Of a stretch of DNA of 38,860 bases, positions 28,545-37,639 are shown in pieces. The position numbers and the translations under genes are program-made. Source of the stretch: Desulfobaccales bacterium. Its GTDB lineage: Bacteria; Desulfobacterota; Desulfobaccia; Desulfobaccales; 0-14-0-80-60-11. The stretch's first letter is position 1. Each line of letters starts with the position of its first letter. A model generated the notes under the pieces. That model worked only from the letters and a program-made list of their open reading frames with translations, ran no database searches and was not told the origin of the DNA. The stretch spans positions 1 to 38,860 of the forward strand of contig JBEKDQ010000002.1 in NCBI GenBank assembly GCA_050014275.1. Reading direction: 5' to 3'.

Positions 28545-28608
28545 TGGCAAGTAGCCAGTTTAACGGATTAATAGCTTTTTCTCTCTTTAAAGCTACTGGC
28601 TACTGGCT

Positions 28609-28998
28609 CTACCGATCTAGTTCCACCTCCCGCACCAGGTCGATGAACTCCGGGGACTCGCCGTAGGACTTCATGGCCTTCTGATAATCGATCCAGGATT
28701 GCCACAGGGCCAGCCACTCCCGGTTGTGCCAGTAGCAGGGGCTCTCCTGCCCTTTTTCGGTAATCCGCAGAAAATCTTCGTATTCTTCCTGGCAAAAGGC
28801 GCATAGGCGGTAAGGCCCAGGGTAGCGTTTATACATTTCGGCGGTGTCGAATTGGACCCCACAACGGGCGCAGCGGGCCAGGCAACGGGCACATTGCACC
28901 ACCTTGCGCACCGTCTCGGTCTTCTTGGCCTTATCCACCCTGGCCTTTTTCTTCTGCTCCAGCTTCAGCCGGTCTTCGATATCAATGACATTAGACAT
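28609..28998 (-). CDS. Cys-rich (zinc-ribbon-like) hypothetical protein
   Basis: ATG at 28998 after GAGG. CARCLARCARCG plus CAFC Cys pairs suggest Zn binding. No family recognised. Confidence 0.6.
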   Translation of the reverse strand: MSNVIDIEDRLKLEQKKKARVDKAKKTETVRKVVQCARCLARCARCGVQFDTAEMYKRYPGPYRLCAFCQEEYEDFLRITEKGQESPCYWHNREWLALWQSWIDYQKAMKSYGESPEFIDLVREVELDR

Positions 28999-29134
28999 CT
29001 CTGGCCTCATCGGGGCGGGCCGGCAAGGTCTCGTCCTCGCTGGCGCCCTGCTTTTAAAATATCAAGAGAACCGGGGCCGGTCAAGTGCGCCTGGGCCGCC
29101 CCAGCGAAGCCGATGATCAGAGGCTCGCCGCGAT

Positions 29135-31384
29135 CTACTTCGCGTCTAGTACCGTGACTGCTTCCCAATCGGGCCCGGGGGGGGACTCGATATACTTCCG
29201 GGACTGCTCCAGGTAACGCCGGGCGTCGCCGTCTTCAGGGTGAAGCTCCAATGCCCCGGTGAAGGCGGCCAGGCTCTCCGCCCAGTTCTGCTCCCGGTAA
29301 AGGGCCAGCCCCCGATGGTAGGTCTCCAGGAAGCGGGCCAATTCCGGGGGCGCCTCCCCTTCTCCCAGCACCTCAAAGAAGCCGATGGCCTGGGCCTTGC
29401 CCTTGACCCGCACCCGATCCACCTCCCGCAGGATGAAGGCGGCTCCCAGGAGCGCCGCGGTGCTCTGGCTGATGAGGATGCTGGTTCCGTAATATTTGTT
29501 TAACCCTTCCAGCCGGGAAGCCAGGTTGACGTTGTCGCCGACGGCGGTGTAGTCGAACAGCCGCTCGGAGCCCATATTGCCCACCGCTACCGGACCGGTG
29601 TTGATCCCCACCCCGATCTTCAGCGGCGGCTGCTCCTGCGCCTGCCACTTCAGATTGAGAGCTTGCAGGGTATCGACCATCTCCAGGGCGGCCCGGCAGG
29701 CCAGGCGGGGATGCTCCGGCTGGACCAGGGGGGCGCCAAACAGGGCCATGATGGCATCCCCCATGTACTTGTCGATGGTTCCCCCCTGGTTGATGATGAT
29801 ATTGCTCATGGGGTTAAAAAAGTCTTGCAGCAGCCGCACCAGGGATTCCGGATCCAGCTTTTCAGACATGGAGGTAAAGCCCCGAATATCAGCGAACAGA
29901 ATGGTGATCTCCCGGCGCTCCCCCCCCAGGCGCAATTGCTCGGGATTCTTCAGCATCTCATTGACAATGGCGGGAGCTACGTAAGACTCGAAGGCCTTGC
30001 GGATCCGCAAGCGTTCCTGCTCTTCCGACAGAAGCCGCTGAATGGAAATGCCCACGTAGCTCAGGACCACCGCCAAAAGGGGGTAGAAGAGCTCCAGATA
30101 CAGGTCCAGGCGGCTGAACGCGAGATAATTGAAAACCGTGTAAGCTTCGATGATCGCCAGGGTCAGGATAAAGGCCTGGAGCGCCGACAGCCGGGGCAGC
30201 ACCATCCCCAGCAACACTACCAGCCCTGGAATGAGGAGTAGTATCAGGGGCTGGCCAAAGGGGGGATAGCGAATAAAATTGCCCTTGAGCAGATTATCCA
30301 TCACCGTCGCCTGAATCTCCACCCCGGGGAAGATGCCGGAGAAGGGGGTGACCCGGAGGTCGTAGATACCCACCGCGGTGGCCCCGACGATGACGATTTT
30401 GTCCTTGAAGACCCGTCCGGGCACATTGCCGTCCAGCAGGGAGGCGGCGGAGTAAGTGGGGATCGTCCCAGGATCTCCAAAATAATTGATCAGGACCCGG
30501 CCATGACGGTCCACCGGGATCTGTTTCCCTCCCAGGCGAATCTCGTCCACCCCTAACCGGGAGAGGGTGATGGCCAGGGGCGGGCGCCCCAGGTAGTGGT
30601 CCACGGTGACCAGGGCCTCCGGGGCAAAAAAATCGGAGCCATAGAGGATGGCCAGGGGGAGCCTACGAGCCGTGCCGTCTGCATCCGGGTCCATATTGAA
30701 ATAACCGTCCCCGGCTGCGGCCTCGACCATCACCGGCAAGTTGAGCTCCACTCCGGCGGCGCCCCTGAGGGGCACCTGGGACTTTTGGTTATCCAGGGTG
30801 CGCACCAGGTTATAGGTGGAAGCCTGAACAAAGTCGGAGCCCATCAGCCTCTCCGGCGACACCCCCCCGGCGGTCCACCCCATTCCCCGGAAAAAGAAAC
30901 CCAGGATGGTGGGCGGACCCGCCTTGATGACCTCCGCCAGGTGGCGGTCCACATCGGCCCGGCTGGCTTCCCGATCACACCAGGCCAGGATTTCCGGTGA
31001 AGCCAATCCTTTGTGGACGATATCCCGGCGCAGGTTGGTCACCATCTTTAGGGACTCGGTTTCCTGTTTTTCGGCAAAGATGATATCCAGGGCGATGACC
31101 CTGGGGCCTGCCTCTTTCAAGACCTGGAGCAGGCGGGCCAGGTCCTCCCGGGACCAGGGCCAGCGACCCACCTTTTTTACACTGTCGTCGTCGATGGCCA
31201 GGATGACCACCTCCGGAGAGGGCGGCCGGCTTCCCCGGAAGCGAAATTTCAGGTCATAGAGCTTGAGCTCCATGAATTCGGTAAAGTCGGGTCGCCAGAG
31301 CATTAAGAGCCAAACCAACAGGGTGATCCCGCCCAGCCAGCGAACCAGGGGAGATTTAAGAAAATTGGCCAGGGGCCCGATCAT
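29135..31384 (-). CDS. CHASE2 sensor-containing class III adenylate/guanylate cyclase
   Basis: N-terminal CHASE2-like periplasmic region (VILAIDDDSVKKVGRWPWSR). A block of TM helices. The cyclase domain ITILFADIRGFTSMSE..YMGDAIMALFGAP..VGNMGS..YTAVGDNVNLASRLE. A TPR-like tail. Confidence 0.9.
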   Translation of the reverse strand: MIGPLANFLKSPLVRWLGGITLLVWLLMLWRPDFTEFMELKLYDLKFRFRGSRPPSPEVVILAIDDDSVKKVGRWPWSREDLARLLQVLKEAGPRVIALDIIFAEKQETESLKMVTNLRRDIVHKGLASPEILAWCDREASRADVDRHLAEVIKAGPPTILGFFFRGMGWTAGGVSPERLMGSDFVQASTYNLVRTLDNQKSQVPLRGAAGVELNLPVMVEAAAGDGYFNMDPDADGTARRLPLAILYGSDFFAPEALVTVDHYLGRPPLAITLSRLGVDEIRLGGKQIPVDRHGRVLINYFGDPGTIPTYSAASLLDGNVPGRVFKDKIVIVGATAVGIYDLRVTPFSGIFPGVEIQATVMDNLLKGNFIRYPPFGQPLILLLIPGLVVLLGMVLPRLSALQAFILTLAIIEAYTVFNYLAFSRLDLYLELFYPLLAVVLSYVGISIQRLLSEEQERLRIRKAFESYVAPAIVNEMLKNPEQLRLGGERREITILFADIRGFTSMSEKLDPESLVRLLQDFFNPMSNIIINQGGTIDKYMGDAIMALFGAPLVQPEHPRLACRAALEMVDTLQALNLKWQAQEQPPLKIGVGINTGPVAVGNMGSERLFDYTAVGDNVNLASRLEGLNKYYGTSILISQSTAALLGAAFILREVDRVRVKGKAQAIGFFEVLGEGEAPPELARFLETYHRGLALYREQNWAESLAAFTGALELHPEDGDARRYLEQSRKYIESPPGPDWEAVTVLDAK

Positions 31385-31908
31385 GTCTCAAAAGTCTCCT
31401 GTCTTCCAGGGCTGGAGGTCCTTGGGGATGCAGCTTTAAAGGCGATTATCCTGGAGAAATAATAACTGGTTCAAGGTGGCGGCGATAGTTATTTTTTCCG
31501 GAGAAGCTGTAAGGGTCTTGGGTCCCCCCTGAGGCCCCCTGCCCCGCCTACACGCAGCAGCGCTGCATCAAAATTGCACCCTCAGACAATTTTTCCTGGG
31601 TTAGGCCACAAGAATTGCCTGAAATAAGCGCACCACTCCCGGGCTATGCTGGCCTGGGATGCATAGGCTGGAAATCAAAGAGGTAATCTGTTTGCCGATG
31701 GAGCGGTATGCCCAAGTTCTAAAAAAAATTGACATATCAGGAAATTTTGAGCTATCCTGTCTTCCAGGAGAAGGGTTGCCTTATAAAAGAGGAGTCTTTT
31801 GAATTCAAAAATCGTGGAAAGGGTCCCCAACTATCTATTTTGGACTGATAAAACAAAAGATGGGTATAATTTCAGATTAAAGCAGGTACCCCGAAGGAGG
31901 GAAAGACC

Positions 31909-32853
31909 ATGATCCGGCGATGCTACATCAGGTTTTACTTAATAAGCATCATGATGTTCATGATATCCCTGCCAATCTGGGCCAGGGCGGGAGAAGTCGG
32001 CAATTTCACCCAGGTTGAACAGCGCGTGGATTACCAGAAAGGGCAAAGAGGCCCGGTCATCCCAGCGAAGGTGAAGCAGGCGGTGGAGGTGAATGACGTC
32101 ATTCAAACCTATGACGTTTCCCGGGCCCAGGTGCTGTTCCGGGACAAAACGACCATAACCATTGCCCCCAAGAGTAAGGTGGCCGTGGAAAGCTACATGT
32201 TTGACCCAGCAAAATTTGAACGGAGTGGGAACTTCGACCTTATCCAGGGTGTGATGAAAGTCGTGGTTCCTGCTGCAGAAATGATGCAGAAGACGAGCTT
32301 TGACGTAAAGACCTCCACCGCCACCTTGGGCATTCGGGGAACCGAGTTTGTGGTTATTTCGGGAACGAATTTTTCGGTGGTGTATTCAATCAAAGGCAGG
32401 GTCGCTCTTAAATCGAACCCGAAGGAGCCCGGGAAGTACTCGGTTGGCCAGGCCGCACCGGGGGGAGTCTTGGAGAAAGGCGAAGTTTACCTGGATCCGG
32501 GCATGATGTCCGTGATCCTGGCAAATCAGCTTCCCTCCAGCCCGCAGCCCGTCACTCCAGCTGTCCTGGCCGCGGCCGAGGGATTGGTGACCACCGGGAT
32601 TAATGATACTCCTGGGAGCTGTGTTCTGAGCACTCTCCCGGGAGTGGATCTGGTAAGTATAACTAACGATCTTATGTCCCGAGGTGCAAACCCGGATGCG
32701 CTTAAGGAATCCCTGTCCCTGGTTTGTTATGCTTTGCCCGGTACCATTACTTCCGGCACGACGGGGCCGCCAGTTGCACCCGCCGGGGTAGGACCAACCT
32801 TTCCCGGGGGGGGCGGTGGAGGCGGGGCGGGGGTAGCCAGTCCTTCATCCTAA
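31909..32853 (+). CDS. FecR-domain protein (membrane-anchored/exported), Gly-rich C-terminus
   Basis: N-terminal hydrophobic segment. FecR-like region (VGNFTQVEQRVDYQKG..VNDVIQTYDVSRAQVLFRDKTTITIAPKSKV..GIRGTEFVV). GGAGGGAAAG RBS. Confidence 0.8.
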   Translation: MIRRCYIRFYLISIMMFMISLPIWARAGEVGNFTQVEQRVDYQKGQRGPVIPAKVKQAVEVNDVIQTYDVSRAQVLFRDKTTITIAPKSKVAVESYMFDPAKFERSGNFDLIQGVMKVVVPAAEMMQKTSFDVKTSTATLGIRGTEFVVISGTNFSVVYSIKGRVALKSNPKEPGKYSVGQAAPGGVLEKGEVYLDPGMMSVILANQLPSSPQPVTPAVLAAAEGLVTTGINDTPGSCVLSTLPGVDLVSITNDLMSRGANPDALKESLSLVCYALPGTITSGTTGPPVAPAGVGPTFPGGGGGGGAGVASPSS

Positions 32854-33047
32854 CCCAAAACCAAGGTAGAAGAATTCTGGGGGGGGAGCCACCGCTTATG
32901 GGCCAATTTTGTAAATAATTAAGGAAATTCTCCCCTAAGAATCAGGAAATCCCCGATTTACTAAGCTGGGGAAATCCACCAAGATAAGGGCAGCCTATGA
33001 AAGGGTAAGCTACCGAACTCACAAGACATCCTCAATCAGAGACCGCT

Positions 33048-34085
33048 ATGGCCATAAATGAAAAATTCATTGAAGAAATCAACTCCCCTTCCTGGGCCGC
33101 GTCCGGCCAAAGCGTCTTATCCAACTCTTATACCTCCGCCCCCCCGCCCCTAAATCCGGGAACGGGACCCGGCACGCCCGAATTCCTGAGATTCGAGGAC
33201 CTGGTTCCCATGGGAAATCCTCAGGAAGTCCTGGAGGAGGTTAAAAAGATTGTCCACTTGATGTATCCGGCCTTCAATTTCAATCCTGTAGAGAATGTCT
33301 TTAAAGACGTGGTTAAACTTTTTCTCGGGGAATACCCGGGATACCGCGCCTGCAACACCTCGTACCATGACTTGAAGCATACCACCGACTGTTTGCTGGC
33401 CATGGCCAGACTCATACACGCGGCTTTTGTCCAGGGGACGGTGATGGAGGAAAGGGATGCGGCTCTGGGGTTGATCGCCGCGCTGCTGCACGATACCGGC
33501 TATATTCAAACCGCGGAGGATGATGACGGAACCGGCGCCAAGTACACCATGGTCCATGTGGAGCGTAGCATAGAGTTTATGAAAATATATTTCGCGCAGC
33601 ATGGATATTCTTCGGAAGATTTTCTCTTCTGCAGAAATTGTCTGAAATGTACCGGCCTGGACGTAAAAATCGGGGAATTGGAATTTATCTCCCGTAACCA
33701 TGAAACTTTGGGGCAGATGCTGGGAACCGCGGACCTGCTGGGACAAATGGCGGATCTGACCTACCTGGAAAGACTTCCCTGTCTTTACCATGAATTTAAG
33801 GAAGGCGGCGTTCCGGGTTTTGCCGATGAAGTAGATTTGCTGCAAAAGACCCCAGCTTTCTGGGAGTTTACCCAGAAGCGGCTTGCAGGCGAATTGGGAG
33901 GGGTGGACCGCCTCATGCGGAACCATTTCCGAGTCCGTTGGGGCATCGACCAGGATATGAACCGGGAGACCGTGGAAAGAAATATCGCCTATTTACAGTT
34001 TATTTTGGTAAATCACGGCGCCGACTATCAAAGATATTTGAGACGTGACGGCTTGATAAAAATCTTTCAGGAAATGAGAAGGTAG
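33048..34085 (+). CDS. HD-domain metal-dependent phosphohydrolase
   Basis: YHDLKHT ... LLHDTGY give H..HD..D spacing typical of HD-superfamily hydrolases. 345 aa. Confidence 0.7.
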   Translation: MAINEKFIEEINSPSWAASGQSVLSNSYTSAPPPLNPGTGPGTPEFLRFEDLVPMGNPQEVLEEVKKIVHLMYPAFNFNPVENVFKDVVKLFLGEYPGYRACNTSYHDLKHTTDCLLAMARLIHAAFVQGTVMEERDAALGLIAALLHDTGYIQTAEDDDGTGAKYTMVHVERSIEFMKIYFAQHGYSSEDFLFCRNCLKCTGLDVKIGELEFISRNHETLGQMLGTADLLGQMADLTYLERLPCLYHEFKEGGVPGFADEVDLLQKTPAFWEFTQKRLAGELGGVDRLMRNHFRVRWGIDQDMNRETVERNIAYLQFILVNHGADYQRYLRRDGLIKIFQEMRR

Positions 34086-34097
34086 TGACCTGCCCCC

Positions 34098-34182
34098 AGT
34101 AGCAGGCGGGACGCCTAGGTTACCTGACTTGGTAGCGTAATCCTCTGGCCTGTGTAGTCAGTTATTAAAGCATGAAAGGGGG
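34098..34182. repeat. Second copy of the ~85-90-nt module found inside the 28330-28544 element
   Basis: CAGTAGCAGGCGGGACGCCTAGGTTACCTGACTTGGTAGCGTAATCCTCTGGCCTGTGTAGTCAGTTATTAAAGCATGAAAGGGGG aligns by eye to 28353-28444 with a few indels and substitutions. Confidence 0.55.
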
Positions 34183-34244
34183 CGCGCCCGCAGGTGCGCC
34201 CCACGGTCTCCTGGGCCCCGGCCTGGCGAGCCGGGACGCCCTGC

Positions 34245-34814
34245 TCACCCCCTGGGCTTGGCCCAGATTTCCAGGACGGAGAGCTGCAAGAAGCGTTTGG
34301 AGGCGGCGCTGCGAAGAATGGCCACCGTGTCCCAACCCCGGGCGGTGCCGCCGACGGCCACCACTTCCTCTTCCTCCGGGACCAGGCCGGCATCCACCGC
34401 CTCCATGACGATCTCGCAGCAGACCTTGAGTCCCTGCCCCAGACGCCGCAGGGTATTGGCGATCAGCAGGGTGGGGGCGCTCCCCTTGAACTGATCGGCA
34501 ATGGCGGTTTCCAGGGAATGGGTGAGGACGGTGGCCTTCAGGACCTTGCCTTCCAGGCGGGTGATCTCCTGATAGTGTTCCGGCAGAAATTCGTCAATAT
34601 TGGGCCCTTTGAGGCCCACGGAATGGCCCACCACCACCAGGTTGGCGCCTTTGCCCGCCAGGCGCCGGGCCGCCTCGGCGCCGCTCACCCCAGTGGTGGA
34701 GGCCACCACCAGGTGGCGGTAGCCCTCGGCCACCGCCTTCTCCAAAAGTTCCTGACAGGCCGGGGTGTTTTCGGGCCCACCTTTCTCGAAGTACCAGGTT
34801 TCCCTACGGATCAT
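34245..34814 (-). CDS. Pyruvate kinase alpha/beta (C-terminal) domain-like protein
   Basis: MIRRETWYFEKGGPENTPACQELLEKAVAEGYRHLVVASTTGVSG.. resembles the ~190-aa stand-alone PK_C-like family. GAGGAGG RBS. The plus-strand ORF 34194..34853 is its shadow. Confidence 0.75.
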   Translation of the reverse strand: MIRRETWYFEKGGPENTPACQELLEKAVAEGYRHLVVASTTGVSGAEAARRLAGKGANLVVVGHSVGLKGPNIDEFLPEHYQEITRLEGKVLKATVLTHSLETAIADQFKGSAPTLLIANTLRRLGQGLKVCCEIVMEAVDAGLVPEEEEVVAVGGTARGWDTVAILRSAASKRFLQLSVLEIWAKPRG

Positions 34815-34850
34815 GGCATACCTCCTCTGCTCTTGATGGATTTTAGATTA

Positions 34851-35037
34851 TAGGGGGTATCCGGTTGACTCCATTATCCCCTAGATGTTGTGTTTAATGG
34901 GATTGGGGCATCTACCCCGGAGATCATCGCTTTTAACAGGATGGACTTGAACGGACTGTTGATTCGGGAGTAATCTTCAATGTCCATTAACCTGTATACT
35001 ACATGTTGGGGCAGTGGGAGTCAACCGGATACCCCCA
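34851..35037. mobile_element. MITE-like element: 20-bp perfect terminal inverted repeats with 8-bp flanking direct repeat
   Basis: GGGGGTATCCGGTTGACTCC (34853-34872) and its exact reverse complement GGAGTCAACCGGATACCCCC (35017-35036). TTAGATTA on both flanks (34843-34850 and 35038-35045). About 145 nt of non-coding interior. Confidence 0.55.
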
Positions 35038-35151
35038 TTAGATTAAACAACCATCTGAAACATGACCTCAGACCCGACGCAGCACTCGGGGTGGCGCCAA
35101 AAAAGACTTTTTAGATAGCTGGTGGCAGCAGCCAGCCTCCCTTAGCTGTGA

Positions 35152-35242
35152 GGGCGACCCAATCACAGGCTGGAAGCCTGTGCCACTTTAAGGAATTGGT
35201 GGGCAGTACCCACCCTGCAGATCTATGCCACTGTCGCCCCTA
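35152..35242. repeat. REP-like nested hairpin repeat
   Basis: GGGCGACCCAATCACAGGCTGGAAGCCTGTGCCACT..GCCACTGTCGCCCCT. Inner stem CACAGGCT/AGCCTGTG, outer stem GGGCGAC/GTCGCCC. Related copies at 18344-18387 and 18869-18893. Confidence 0.6.
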
Positions 35243-35262
35243 ACGAAAGCTGAAAGCTAACC

Positions 35263-36180
35263 TCACCCCAAATCATCGGGGAGAAAGACCACTTCCCGCT
35301 CCAGGGCCACGCCCTGGGTGCGCCAAACCCGTTCCTGGATCTCGGCGATGAGGGCCTTCACCTGGGCCGCGGTGGCCTGGCCCTGGTTGAGGATGAAGTT
35401 GGCGTGCTTCCGGGAGACCTGTGCCCCTCCCCGCCGCAGCCCCTTGCAGCCGGCCGCCTCAATGAGCAAACCGGCGGCGGGCCCGGCTACGGGATTTTTG
35501 AAGACGCTGCCGCAGTTGCGGTAATTGGTGGGTTGCCGGGCCCGGCGGGCCGTCTGCAATTCCCGCAGGCGCCGCCGCACCGCCTCCGGGGGGGCCGGGG
35601 TGCTCAGGAGAAACTCCGCCTCCACCACCAGCCAGTGGGGGAAATAAAGGAGCATTGAGGAACGATAGCCCAGCCCCAGTTCCCCGGCCTGAAATTCCAG
35701 GAGCTGGAGCTTTGGGGTGGCCACCCAGACCCGGCTCAGCACCGCGGCCAGGTCCCGGCCGTCCGCCCCGGCGTTGAGGCGCACCGCGGCGCCCACGCTG
35801 CCGGGGATGCCCGCCAGGAATTCGAAGCCCGATAAACCCAGGGCCGCGGCGGTCCGGGCCAGGCGGGGCAGCGACACGCCGGCCCCGGCCCTGAGGGTGT
35901 CGCCCCGGCGCGAAAGAACCTGGAGGCTCCGGGCCAGGTGCAGGGTGAGACCGGGGAGGCCGGCGTCAGCGATCAGCAGATTGGAGCCCCGCCCCAGGAA
36001 AAACAAGGGCCAGCCCCGGTCCTGGGCCAGGGTCATGAGGCGAAAGACCTCCTCCAGCCCCGCCGCGGCAGCCAGATACTTCGCCGGCCCGCCGATCTTC
36101 CAGGTGGTCAGCGGCGCCAGGGGACGGTTTTCCAGGATGGCCCCCCTTAGATTCTTTGGGACAATCATGATTGGGATCAT
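35263..36180 (-). CDS. murB: UDP-N-acetylenolpyruvoylglucosamine reductase
   Basis: LAPLTTWKIGGPAKYL.., FLGRGSNLL.., GSVGAAVRLNAGA.., CGSVFKNP.. are MurB motifs. 305 aa. Confidence 0.92.
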   Translation of the reverse strand: MIPIMIVPKNLRGAILENRPLAPLTTWKIGGPAKYLAAAAGLEEVFRLMTLAQDRGWPLFFLGRGSNLLIADAGLPGLTLHLARSLQVLSRRGDTLRAGAGVSLPRLARTAAALGLSGFEFLAGIPGSVGAAVRLNAGADGRDLAAVLSRVWVATPKLQLLEFQAGELGLGYRSSMLLYFPHWLVVEAEFLLSTPAPPEAVRRRLRELQTARRARQPTNYRNCGSVFKNPVAGPAAGLLIEAAGCKGLRRGGAQVSRKHANFILNQGQATAAQVKALIAEIQERVWRTQGVALEREVVFLPDDLG

Positions 36181-36253
36181 TTATCTTAAACAAATGGAAA
36201 ATGCCCGCACACCTTTGCGGCCATTATCCCAAATTTTCAGAGTCGAAAATGGT

Positions 36254-36859
36254 TCAGGCACTGATCTTCTTGCGCTCCGTGGACTGCTTTTTGGTGACAT
36301 TTTGCTTGGCTTTCTTCTCCGGTTTTTTCTCAGGCACGATTTCCAGCAGCATAGGCACCATCAACGCTGGAAAACCCATGCGGGTGCTCATACTCCGAAC
36401 GAACTCGCGCCAATAAGGCCAGGCATTGGAGACGGGGTTAAAAAACATAAAATATCGCGAATTCACCACAACCTCTACAGTCTCATCAAAATGCTCTTTA
36501 AGATCGAGATCCTTAAGATTAAATTTAAGTTCATAAGATGTGCAGAAGGTAGCCTCAATTTTCATAATGAGTTGATTCGGTGGGTCATCATTAAAGGCGA
36601 CAACTTGAAAAATACAAAGGATAGATAAAAGATTATCATTTTTATCCAATTGATAAGGGAGAAGTTCCGCTTCGCATTTATGCTTCAAAGAAAGAGCCTC
36701 TGGAAACATGCCAGATAGTATTCGTGGTTTTCGACTGATTTTTGCATTAACCAAATTGATTTCTTTCAGGGAAGTTAATTGAGCCACTCGGGCGGCCTCC
36801 AAATAATTATCCCCATCTCGATCCAAATGCTTGAGCAAAGTGTTAATATTAATTTTCAT
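36254..36859 (-). CDS. SecB-like chaperone (third gene of a toxin-antitoxin-chaperone module)
   Basis: The C-terminal block NAWPYWREFVRSMSTRMGFPALMVPMLLE parallels the SecB motif ..LFPYARE.I.SMVSRGTFPQLNLAPVNF. Immediately downstream of the HigB/XRE pair. AT-rich. Similarity judged by eye only. Confidence 0.55.
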   Translation of the reverse strand: MKININTLLKHLDRDGDNYLEAARVAQLTSLKEINLVNAKISRKPRILSGMFPEALSLKHKCEAELLPYQLDKNDNLLSILCIFQVVAFNDDPPNQLIMKIEATFCTSYELKFNLKDLDLKEHFDETVEVVVNSRYFMFFNPVSNAWPYWREFVRSMSTRMGFPALMVPMLLEIVPEKKPEKKAKQNVTKKQSTERKKISA

Positions 36860-36892
36860 CGATGTACCCCCAAAGCTGAAATGGCAATATAA

Positions 36893-37288
36893 TTATGCAG
36901 CATGTGAGAATGGTAATTTCCCCCAATTCTGCACTGGTTTCTTAGGGTTTATTTGTCGAGTTTGAAATTCAATGACATTTTTATCTTGTCTTTGCCTCGC
37001 TTCCTTATAAGGCGAAAGGGTAAGTTTATATCCCAAGGCGTGCAGGATATCAGCCACCGTACGCAAAGTAAGATTTCGGCCGCCATTCAGCAATTGGGAG
37101 ACAAATCCCTTGGTTTTGCCCAACCGTTCGGCCAGTTCTTTCCGGGAAACTTTCTCTTTCTCAAGGAGTTCACAAAGGGTTTCCGTGACCTCCATGATCA
37201 AGTCTCCCTGAGCCATCAATTTGGCAAACTCCGGGTCTTCCAAGTACTGGTCCATCAAGGTCTTTTCAGGTTCTCTTTTCGTATTCAT
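36893..37288 (-). CDS. XRE-family HTH antitoxin (HigA-like) with C-terminal extension
   Basis: HTH region VSRKELAERLGKTKGFVSQLLNGGRNLTLRTVADILHALG. About 40 aa of extra tail after the HTH domain. Its start overlaps the toxin 3' end by 23 nt. Confidence 0.8.
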   Translation of the reverse strand: MNTKREPEKTLMDQYLEDPEFAKLMAQGDLIMEVTETLCELLEKEKVSRKELAERLGKTKGFVSQLLNGGRNLTLRTVADILHALGYKLTLSPYKEARQRQDKNVIEFQTRQINPKKPVQNWGKLPFSHAA

Positions 37289-37631
37289 GGCGAATCCTTT
37301 TCATCCGATCAATTTCCTCCGGCCTAATCCAAGCCTCTTTTTTGATAAAACCGTGTGTAATGATTAACTGACCTGTCGCATGGAAATAACAGGGCATCCT
37401 GATTTGGAAGTTCTTAAATTCAAAGAAGTCTTCACCTTCGATTTTCTTGAACTGCTCCCGGTTGGTCACTCTGCCTTCATCTGCCAGGCGCTTTATGACT
37501 CGCAAAATTTTTTCCCTATCGTCTTTGGAGAGGCCATTCAGAAATTTCTTTGCCGGACACCTGCCGTTGGTGGTCACGGCAAGCTCAATGGTGTAAAATT
37601 TGCCTTGGTATAAGATCTCCCTTTTCGGCAT
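37266..37631 (-). CDS. RelE/ParE-superfamily toxin, Gp49/HigB-like
   Basis: MPKREILYQGKFYTIELAVTTNGRCPAKKFLNGLSKDDREKILRVIKRL..FFEFKNFQIRMPCYFHATGQLIITHGFIKKEAWIRPEEIDRMKRI matches the Gp49-like (DUF891) toxin pattern. Start placed at ATG 37631 rather than 37715. Confidence 0.8.
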   Translation of the reverse strand: MPKREILYQGKFYTIELAVTTNGRCPAKKFLNGLSKDDREKILRVIKRLADEGRVTNREQFKKIEGEDFFEFKNFQIRMPCYFHATGQLIITHGFIKKEAWIRPEEIDRMKRIRHEYEKRT

Positions 37632-37639
37632 GAAATGCA

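Noticed and set aside
34194-34853. 219-aa plus-strand ORF opposite the PK_C-like gene
   Set aside because: The minus-strand product resembles a known ~190-aa family and has a good RBS. The plus-strand product is low-complexity.
35717-36628. 303-aa plus-strand ORF spanning murB (antisense) into the SecB-like gene
   Set aside because: Arg/Pro/Ala-rich antisense product of murB with no start-site support.
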